Shown: positions 54,000 through 64,000 of the stretch, in pieces
Numbering within the stretch: the stretch's first letter is position 1
Layout of the letters: every line of letters starts with the position of its first letter
Assembly: GCF_963921235.1 (NCBI RefSeq)
Contig: NC_086097.1
Location: forward strand, 194,496,001-194,560,000
Source: Mobula hypostoma
Taxonomy: Eukaryota
Direction: 5' to 3'
Length of the DNA: 64,000 nucleotides
Notes under the pieces: generated by a model
Told to the model about the DNA's origin: nothing
Databases searched by the model: none
What the model saw: only the letters and a program-made list of their open reading frames with translations
Program-made: the position numbers and the translations under genes

Positions 54000-55770
54000 C
54001 AGTGGAGCAGTTTTTATGGATTGTCCTATCTCAAATAATGGATTGGTCACAATATTATTTGTAAGACTCTGACTGTAAAACTGGATCAGCCTCATACTTA
54101 TATTAGGATATGGTGTCTTTAATGAGTTTGTATTCTGATTTGGTAAATGATGTTTGTCACTTGATTGTGTTTGTAATTAATTAAGTTAAACTGCTGCAAT
54201 TTCCTGCAAATCATTGGATTGGTTCTGGTTTCTGTTGACATTTTCTGTATTTATTATCTTGAATTTGCTGGTCTTTTATTATGTATACTTGCTAAGCATT
54301 GGGCCCTGTATTTCCACAAGGAACTCCTCAGTTTCTGGGAAGAGATCACCGACTCTGATCCAGGCATTCAATGCTTTCTTGTTGATATCTACTGCTCAGA
54401 TTGAGAGGATGTCTTCCATGGAGGGTGATGCTCTTTCATTGAATAACCTTTTTATCTATAGTGATAACTTCATTTCTCTGGGTTGTGTTTTCATTTAAGT
54501 GGTGTGTATTTATTATCAGAATTGCATGTGTACATGGAGTGCTGAATCCAGTTTTCATTAATGAAAATATATCTTTACAAGTTTTATCTGACATCTGTCT
54601 GATTTTTTTTATGTCTGTAATCCCTCTTCCTCTTCCTGTGCTAGGTAGTGTTAATCTAAATAAGTTTGAGTGTACATAGTGTTTTCTAAAATTTGTCATT
54701 TTGTTTCTTATCTTTCTTTGTAAATTTTCCAGATCGGTTTAGGACCAAGATATTATGACAAAAGAATATGCTAATAAAGGTATAGGGAATATGTTTGTTG
54801 CCTTTGTTTTATTTTAACTGTTGTGCTCTCTTTGGCAGATTTTCTTAAGCCTTGAAGTAAATTCTGTTGGAAGTTTTCCCTTTAACAGACTATAATGTAT
54901 TTTCTTTGCTTGTTGACGTCCCCAATCTTTATATGTTTTGCATTCATCCATCAGCTGTATTCTGTTGCTCTGTTTTGTATTCTACTAGCTCTATTGCACT
55001 ATTTTCAAAAAATAATTCTACTATTTGTATTAATTCCTTTGGATTTACTAATGAAGGAGCATATAAGGTCAAATTGTTCATGTATAGAAGGTTCGTAAAG
55101 GTATAATTAATTTGGTTGTTTCTGATTTAATGCCTTATTTTCATCTGACTCAGTAAGTTGGTCAGTTTAAAGCTCGGCAAAACCATAGTAGATTTAAGGA
55201 GTTGCCCTGAAAAATACCTCAGTTTATTTTGTTAAGGGTAGTTCTTTTCTGGTTAATAGATAGGGTGATTATACCTACGCCAATGCTTCATCAGACATTG
55301 TAGGAATTTCACACGTATTGGGTTTAGATCTTCTATTAACCATGAACGTGACAGAATCAAGTGCTTTTTGGTAGTCAATATAACATAAAATATTTTTGCT
55401 CTTCCATCAGGCTTGATTTAGAATTACAGAATCTATTATCAGTGGTTTACAACCTTCCTTGCCCTTGCAGTGTCCTTTCTGCTCTTTCGTAAGTATTTTA
55501 TGGTTATCTAAGTGATGTGTGATTAATTACAAGATGTATGATGTTATTTTGTATCTAGTTTGTAAACAATTAATAGGACTATATGTTAATGGATCATTTG
55601 TAATTTCTCCTTTTGGTAAGAGTTTTTTTTTACTTTCTGGCAAAAATGTGGGCACTTTTTCAATATTTTAAAGACAATTTTTTTTACATGTACAAATAGA
55701 TATGGATGAAGGCAAGTAAATTTTTATACCAACAATTGAGTGTTACCACTGCTGTTACTGTTCCATAACA
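54000..55770 (-). mobile_element. Degraded Dong/R4-clade LINE
   Basis: IDYQKALDSV, RLTLPSTGRGRG, TLHGRHP and AWIRVGDLFPETEEFLVEIQ remnants. Confidence 0.7.
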
Positions 55771-55777
55771 TCATTAG

Positions 55778-57175
55778 ACCATAAGACAATAAGACATAGG
55801 AGCAGAATTAGGCCATTTGGCCCATTGAGCCAGCTCCACCATTCAACCATGGCTGAGCCTTTTTTTCCCTCCTCCTCAACCCCAGTTCCCGGCCTTCTCA
55901 TAACCTTTGATGCCATGTCCAATCAAGAACCTATCAGTCTGCCTTAAATACACCCAACGACCTGTCCTCCACAGCGGCATGCAGCAACAAATTACACAGA
56001 TTCACCACCCTTTGTATAAAGAAATTTCTCCATCTGTTTTGAAAGGGCGCCCCTCTATCCTGAAGCTGTGTCCTCTTGTCCTAGACACTCCCACCATGGG
56101 AAACATCCTTTCCACGTCTACTGTCTAGGCCTTTCAACATTCAAAAGGTTTCAATGAGATCCCCCTCATCCTTCTGAATTTCAGCGAGTACAGACCAAGA
56201 GCCATCAAACGTTCCTCGTATGATAACACTTTCATTCCTGGAATCATCCTTGTGAACCTCCTCTGGACCCTCTCCAATGCCAGCACATCTTTTCTAAGAT
56301 GAGGGGCCCAAAGCTGTTCAGAATACTCAAGGTGAGGCCTCATCAGTGCTTTATAAAACCTCAGCATCACATCTTTCCTCTTGTGTTCTAGACCTCTTGA
56401 AATTAATGCTAACATGGCATTTGCTTTCCTCACCACTGACTCAACCTGCAAGTTAACCTTCAGGGTCTTCTGCACAAGCACGCCCAAGTCCCTCTGCATC
56501 TCAGATTCCTGGATTTTCTCCCCATTTAGAAAATAGTCTGCACATTTATTTCTACTACCAAAGTGCATGACCATGCATTTTCCAACATTGTATTTCATTT
56601 GTTATTTTCTTGTCCATTCTCCTAATCTGTCTAAGTCCTTCTGCATCCTACCTATTTCAACACTACCTGCCCCTCCACCAATCTTTGCATCATCTGCAAA
56701 CTTGGCAACAAAGCCATGAATGCCATCATCTAAATTATTTATATACAGCATAGAAACAAATGGTCCCAACAATGACCCCTGCGGAAAACCATTAATCACT
56801 GGCAGCCAACCAGAAAAGGATCCTTTTATTCCCACTTGCTGCCTCCTACCAATCAGCCAATGCTCCAACCTTGTTAGTAACTTTCCTGTAATACCATGGG
56901 CCTTGCGAAAGACCTTCTGAAAGTCCAGATATACAACATCCACTGCATGCCCTTTATCTATCCTATTGTAATCTCCTCAAAGAATTCCAGCAGGTTTGTC
57001 AGGCAGGATTTTCCCTGAAGGAAAGCATACTGACTTTGTACTATCTTGTCCTGTGTCACCATCACCTCATCTTTAACAATTGACTCCAATATCTTCCCAA
57101 CCACTGAGGTCAGGCTAATTGGTCTATAGTTTCCTATCTGCTGCCTTGCTCCTTTCTTAGAGTGGAGTGACATTT
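55778..57175 (-). mobile_element. CR1 3' half
   Basis: NYRPISLTSVVGK, YLDFQK, KFADDAK, RPHLEY; (CATAAGA)n tail. Confidence 0.9.
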
Positions 57176-59177
57176 CATTGACAATTTAGATCAGGTCCTA
57201 ATGAAGGGTCCTGACCCAAAGTGTTGATCATTTATTCCCCTCCATAGATGCTGCCTGACCTGATGAGCTCCTTCAGTATTTTGTATATGTATACTAAAGT
57301 AAGATTTTTTCTTTTAATTTATCTTTATTTGGTTTCATAGTTGTTAACTATAGTCATCTTTGAACCTGAGCATTTTATCAATTTATACTGATAGTTTCAC
57401 AGTATTGTTCAGTTCACACCAGATAAAAGCACAGACATTAATCAGATCAATACATAAGATTTTTTTGAATTGATTGAAAATATTAAAGCTGGAACCCTAA
57501 TGGTTAAGCTGGTACTGCATCTATGGTGGAAAGCCACTGCTAACACCATAATCATTTGAGTGCTGATGGTGGGTGGTGTTGTGGATGGTGGGTTATAAGG
57601 GTACTTCAGTACCTTGAGAGTATCACTTTCAGTTTACCAAAAATGTTATGGCAGGTGGGCGTGTCACCTTTTTCATTTTACCTCCCATTTTTATAAGTGC
57701 AGTTTACATCATTCAATCTTTAGACAAAGCACCATGTGTTGCTGAAATACGGACCTTGCAATCAACAGGTTTCTCTTTAGGAGATACAAAGCTAAGTTTC
57801 AGCTTAACAGTGATTTCCAAACCACTCTTGCTTGTTTCTAGGCAACAGGGCATGACAAATTGCATGAGAGCTTTTAGACTTATCTACACAGAAGTTAACG
57901 CTGCAATATGCCGGAACTCCTCTGTGGAGTTAAAGGCAGAAATGGCAACTTGGAAAATAGCCCCTACCGTTCCTCCTAATTAGGCTCTGTGCCACTTAAA
58001 TCTATCTTCTGACTCAGTCTGGGAAAAATCAAAAGGCAGGCCCTGAGACATCCAGGTTCATAGACGCCCATTAAACTAACAACAATCTTCTAGAACGACC
58101 ACAGAACATCAAGGCTCACACTTAAGGAAATCTGTATCTCATTGTGGAGACACAAATAATGGACTGTAATATGCCCATGTTGTTTTGCATGCTCCACTAC
58201 CTAGGAAGAAGCAAAGTGGTTTAAAATTCACCATTAGCCCAAGCTTAGCTTTTCAGTTTCTAAACCGAAAGCCATGGAGTGAATGTGATTGCAAATTCCT
58301 CATTTTAACAAATCATTGCGCATTTTCTTCTGACTAAAATGTCATCTGAGTGCTATTTAAGTTCTGCAGCCTATCATTTAAGACTAAATTCATTTAGTTT
58401 GACTCTGAGAAAATGGAAAATAGAATTATACCATAAAACAATGCTTTATGGCATTGTTAACACAACATGCAGGAGCTTGACCTCTCAAGCCTACTCCATC
58501 AGTAATATCATGGGTCATCTGATCAGTCTTCTTGCCTGGTGCTCATAACACTTAATTCTAAAAATCAGAATCTTAAAGTTGGAAAATCAACCTAGCTACT
58601 ATCCATCTGTTATAAGACCTTTGAATAATCTCCTGGCATGTTAAGATAAATTCAAGACCTTACAATCTACCTCACTATGGCCTTGCGCCTTATTATTTGT
58701 CTTTACTGCATATTCTCTAACACCTTATTTTCAATTCTGTAATTTATTTCCCTTGAACCACTTCAATGCTTTCTGCATAATGAAATGATCTGTATGGATG
58801 GCATACTCCAAGGAATATAGACACAATCTATTTCAGTTTTCCACATAAGAAAATCTCTTCATCTTTGAAATCATTCTGGTCAACATTTTGGCACCATTAA
58901 TCGGAACTCCATCCTTCTTGTAGTGAAGGCCATCATCTCATTTGTCTTCATAACCATGCGCTCTACCGGTGAGAAACTTGCTGATGTTTTTAGTACAAAG
59001 ACATTCAAGTTCTCCTGTGCAGCAACATTGTGCAGTTTCACACATGTGTAAGGAATAATCTGTTTACTGGTTCTTCTATCTTAAGTGTTTCTGCATTATT
59101 CTGTATCACAGTTCACTTAACCTGTTTATTTCCTGTTGCAACCTTCTGATGGTGCTCTCATAATTTACCTTCCCTTA

Positions 59178-60053
59178 CAGGGATCTGTACTGGGTCCAAT
59201 GTTTGTCATATACATTAATGATCTGGATGATGGGGTGGTAAATTGGATTAGTAAGTATGCAGATGATACTAAGATAGGTGGTGTTGTGGATAATGAAGTA
59301 GGTTTTCAAAGCTTGCAGGGAGATTAGATCACTTGGAAGAGTGGGCTGAAAGATGGCAGATGGAGTTTAATGCTGATAAATGTGAGATGCTACATTTTGG
59401 TAGAACTAATCAAAATAGGACATACATGGTAAATGGTAGGGCATTGGAGAATGCAATAGAACAGAGGGATCTAGGAATAATGGTGTATAGTTCCCTGAAG
59501 GTGGAATCTCATGTGGATAGGGTGGTGAAGAAAGCTTTTGGTATGCTGGCCTTTATAAATCAGAGCATTGAGTAAAGAAGTTGGGATGAAATTGTACAAG
59601 GCACTGGTAAGGTCAAATTTGGAGTATTGTGTACTGTTCTGGTCACTAAATTATAGGAAAGATGTCAACAAAATAGAGTACAGAGAAGATTTACTAGAAC
59701 ATTACCTGGGTTTCATCACCTAAGTTACAGAGAAAGGTTGAACAAGTTGGGTCTTTATTCTTTGGAGCATAGAAGGTTGAGGGGGGACTTCATAGAGGTA
59801 TTTAAAATTATGAGGGGGATAGATAGAGTTGACATGGATAGGCTTTTTCCATTGAGAGAGGGGGAGATTCAAACAAGAGGACATGAGTTGAGAGTTGGGG
59901 GCAAAAGTTTAGGCGTAACATGAGGGGGAACTTTACTCAGTGGTAGCTGTGTGGAACGAGCTTCGAGCAGAAATGTTAGAGGCAGGTTCGATATTGTCAT
60001 TTAAAGTAAAATTGGATAGCTATATGGACAAGAAAGGATTGCAGGTTTATGGG
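59178..60053 (+). mobile_element. CR1 3' part, same subfamily as 49829-52890
   Basis: QGSVLGPMFVIYINDLDDGVVNWISKYADDTKIGG nearly identical to the 50.8 kb copy; cut by the Penelope insertion. Confidence 0.9.
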
Positions 60054-63000
60054 CAAACAACAGGAATTCTGCAGATGCTGGAAATTCAAGCAACATACAT
60101 CAAAGTTGCTGGTGAACGCAGCAGGCCAGGCAGCATCTATAGGAAGAGGCGCAGTCGACGTTTCAGGCCGAGACCCTTCGTCAGGACTAACTGAAGGAAG
60201 AGTGAGTAAGGGATTTGAAAGCTGGAGGGGGAGGGGGAGATGCAAAATGATAGGAGAAGACAGGAGGGGGAGGGATGGAGCTGAGAGCTGGACAGGTGAT
60301 AGGCAGAAGGGGATACGAGAGGATCATGGGACAGGAGGTCCGGGAAGAAAGACGGGGGGGGGGTGACCCAGAGGATGGGCAAGAGGTATATTCAGAGGGA
60401 CAGAGGGAGAAAAAGGAGAGTGAGAGAAAGAATGTGTGCATTAAAAAGAGTAACAGATGGGGTACGAGGGGGAGGTGGGGCCTAGCGGAAGTTAGAGAAG
60501 TCAATGTTCATGCCATCAGGTTGGAGGCTACCCAGACGGAATATAAGGTGTTGTTCCTCCAACCTGAGTGTGGCTTCATCTTTACAGTAGAGGAGGCCGT
60601 GGATAGACATGTCAGAATGGGAATGGGATGTGGAATTAAAATGTGTGGCCACTGGGAGATCCTGCTTTCTCTGGCGGACAGAGCGTAGATGTTCAGCAAA
60701 GCGGTCTCCCAGTCTGCGTCGGGTCTCACCAATATATAAAAGGCCACATCGGGAGCACCGGACGCAGTATATCACCCCAGTCGACTCACAGGTGAAGTGA
60801 TGCCTCACCTGGAAGGACTGTTTGGGGCCCTGAATGGTGGTAAGGGAGGAAGTGTAAGGGCATGTGTAGCACTTGTTCCGCTTACACGGGTAAGTGCCAG
60901 GAGGGAGATCAGTGGGGAGGGATGGGGGGGACGAATGGACAAGGGAGTTGTGTAGGGAGCGATCCCTGCGGAATGCAGAGAGAGGCGGGGAGGGAAAGAT
61001 ATGCTTAGTGGTGGGATCCCGTTGGAGGTGGCGGAAGTTACGGAGAATAATATGTTGGACCCGGAGGCTGGTGGGGTGGTAGGTGAGGACCAGGGGAACC
61101 CTATTCCTAGTGGGGTGGTGGGAGGATGAGGTGAGAGCAGATGTACATGAAATGGGGGAGATGCGTTTAAGAGCAGAGTTGATAGTGGAGGAAGGGAAGC
61201 CCCTTTCTTTAAAAAATGAAGACATCTCCCTCGTCCTAGAATGAAAAGCCTCATCCTGAGAGCAGATGCGGCGGAGACGGAGGAATTGCGAGAAGGGGAT
61301 GGCGTTTTTGCAAGAGACAGGGTGAGAAGAGGAATAGTCCAGATAGTTGTGAGAGTCAGTAGGCTTATAGTAGACATCAGTGGATAAGCTGTCTCCAGAG
61401 ACAGAGACAGAAAGATCTAGAAAGGGGAGGGAGGTGTCAGAAATGGACCAGGTAAACTTGAGGGCAGGGTGAAAGTTGGAGGCAAAGTTAATAAAGTTAA
61501 CGAGTTCTGCATGCGTGCAGGAAGCAGCGCCAATGCAGTCGTCGATGTAGCGAAGGAAAAGTGGAGGACAGATACCAGAATAGGCACGGAACATAGATTG
61601 TTCCACAAACCCAACAAAAAGGCAGGCATAGCTAGGACCCATACGGGTGCCCATAGCTACACCTTTAGTTTGGAGGAAATGGGAGGAGCAAAAGGAGAAA
61701 TTATTAAGAGTAAGGACTAATTCCGCTAGACGGAGCAGAGTGGTGGTAGAGGGGAACTGATTAGGTCTGGAATCCAAAAAGAAGCGTAGAGCTTTGAGAC
61801 CTTCCTGATGGGGGATGGAAGTATATAGGGACTGGACATCCAAGGTGAAAATAAAGCGGTGGGGGCCAGGGAACTTAAAATCATCGAAAAGTTTAAGAGC
61901 GTGAGAAGTGTCACGAACATAGGTCGGAAGGGATTGAACAAGGGGGGATAAAACCGTGTCGAGGTATGCAGAAACGAGTTCGGTGGGGCAGGAGCAAGCT
62001 GAGACAATAGGTCGGCCAGGACAGGCAGGTTTGTGGATCTTGGGTAGGAGGTAGAAACGGGAAGTGCGGGGTGTGGGAACTATAAGGTTGGTAGCAGTGG
62101 ATGGGAGATCCCCTGAGCGGATAAAGTCGTTGATAGTGTGGGAGACAATGGCCTGGTGCTCCTTAGTGGGGTCACGATCGAGGGGTAAATAAGAGGAGGT
62201 ATCCGCGAGTTGTCACTGAGCCTCGGCAAGGTAGGGGTCAGTACGCCAGAATACAACAGCACCCGCTTTATCAGCAGGTTTAATAATAATGTTAGGATTA
62301 GTGCGGAGGGAGCGGAGAGCAGAGCGTTCCGAAGGAGTGAGGTTGGAATGGGGACAAGGTGCGGTGAAGTCGAGACGGTTGATGTCCCGTCGGCAGTTGG
62401 CAATAAAGAGATCCAGAGCAGGCAGAAGACCAGAGCGGGGTGTCCATGAAGAAGAGGAGGGTTGAAGACGGGAGAAGGGGTCATCGGTGGGGGTGGAAGA
62501 ATCCTTGCCGAAGAAGTAGGCTCGGAGACGGAGACGGCGGAAGAAAAGTTCCGCATCGTGGCGAACACGGAACTCGCTGAGGTGTGGGCGAAGGGGGACA
62601 AACGTGAGGCCCTTACTAAGAACAGAGCGTTCTGCCTCCGACAGTTGAAGGTCGGAGGGGATGGTAAAGACCCGGCACGGATGAGAGCTGGGATCAGAGG
62701 GGGGAGGGGGGAGGCTGGGGGTGTCAGTGGAGAGGGGAGGGTTGGGGTGAGAGGAAGATGGAGCCTCTGAGGGCCCAGGAGCTGACGGTGGGATCTGAGG
62801 GAGACAGGATTGCAGAGTATTGGTGGGGGAAAGGGAGACGGGAGTCACAACAGCAGCACATAAAGACCCGGCCTGGAGTTCAAGGCTGGAGTCGCAGTTG
62901 GTGGTTGCGCGATCGCTTTGAATGTCTCCATGGTCGTTGCTGGAGTCCGGGTTTTGAATATGTCCTGAGGTGTTGGAGCCGCCGAGACCAACGGCAGGAG

Positions 63001-63070
63001 CCGCAACCGAAAGTTCATGCCTGCTAGCGTCGGGGCCGGCAGGCTCTGCAGTTTATGGACTGAGTGCAGG
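60054..63070 (-). mobile_element. Young Penelope-like element (RT + GIY-YIG endonuclease)
   Basis: Frame 62848-60482 is open except one TGA at 62215-62213; IKPADK, YLLPKIHK, DVQSLYT, GVAMG, RYIDD, FLD, GVIY...LYIGET, EH. Confidence 0.95.
60152..60189 (-). ncRNA. Minimal type I hammerhead ribozyme in the Penelope terminal repeat
   Basis: Minus strand AGTC-CTGACGA-AGG(GTCTCGG)CCT-GAAA-CG-TC-GACT with an intact catalytic core. Confidence 0.82.
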
Positions 63071-63077
63071 TCAGTGG

Positions 63078-63912
63078 TGTAATATTGATGTGACTTGGAC
63101 ACCACTGTAGATTGAACAGCCAACTTTATTCACCAGACTTCCAGTTTTTTTTTAAAAACCCTTTTCCACGTCCTGACATCATATGCACTCTGATGCTACG
63201 AATACTCACACCATACATTACATCCCCCTTCTCAAAATTTTTTTTAACACAGTGAATTACCAAAACAATGCCTCTAGGTGTGCCCTTCTTACAGTGCAAC
63301 AACCATGACATAAACTAAAAAAATCTTACCTTGTACTGTATTCTACATTGTATCTGACAATACTAACAGAAGTGTATTTTCTTTTACTAACATAGACTAA
63401 TAAACCTTTCATTAGTCTCTGTACCTAGCTGGAAGTTTGACTTGTCTCCCAGACCGTGTGTGATACAACTGACTGTGCTTGACCTTCATCCGTGTCAGTC
63501 TCTCGAGTGACCTCTCTCTTTGCGGTCTGCATCATTCTTGGTCGTTTGTTTCCATGTCTGTATCTGTGGAAATGTCCTGTGCATCAGTACGTGGAAACTC
63601 ACTCTCGCCTGTCTTCAGCAAATGCTTCCTGTTCCTCCTGTAGACTCTTCCATCCGGCATGCAAACTATGAAGGATCTTGGTTGCTGATGTCTGTTCACA
63701 ACCACAGCTGGTTGCCAAGTGTCTCCTCTCTGTATTCTGACATTTTCACCTGTATGCAGATCTGGCAACTGCCTTGTATGTCTGTCATAGTAGCTCTTTT
63801 GCTTTATTTGCTCGTATTTTTGCTTGTCATGTACTTGAGCATTACCTTCAGGAGTCAGTAGAGTTGTGGATGTTGGCAGTTTGGACTTCAGACGACGTCC
63901 CATCAACAGCTG
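63078..63912 (-). mobile_element. Gypsy 3' end: integrase C-terminus, polypurine tract and a 145-bp 3' LTR (63222-63078)
   Basis: QLLMGRRLKSKLP...YYDRH...PRSF...YRRNRKHL; PPT GAGAAGGGGGA at 63233-63223; LTR TGTAAT...ATTACA containing AATAAA. Confidence 0.85.
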
Positions 63913-64000
63913 CTTGGTCTCATCCACATCAATCTACAAATGCCAGATGTACCTGTTCATTATGACTATAATTATGGAAATAGCTGTCACAAAATCCTCA

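Overview
Vertebrate genomic DNA, most likely a cartilaginous fish (ray/shark), judged from the repeat families present. I found no convincing host protein-coding exon. Most of the window is nested, mostly decayed mobile elements: CR1, Rex1/Babar-like, Tx1, RTE, Hero, Dong/R4, Penelope carrying hammerhead ribozymes, Gypsy fragments and LTRs, Tc1/mariner and SINEs. The most notable signal is in the AT-rich first 5.4 kb. Translating the minus strand by hand across stops, frameshifts and three later insertions gives about a dozen motifs collinear with foamy virus (spumaretrovirus) Env, covering the leader peptide and SU. I see no recognisable pol next to it. The comparison uses my recollection of the prototype foamy virus (PFV) Env sequence and needs an HMM or tblastn check. 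Most element boundaries are approximate unless a target-site duplication (TSD) is given.
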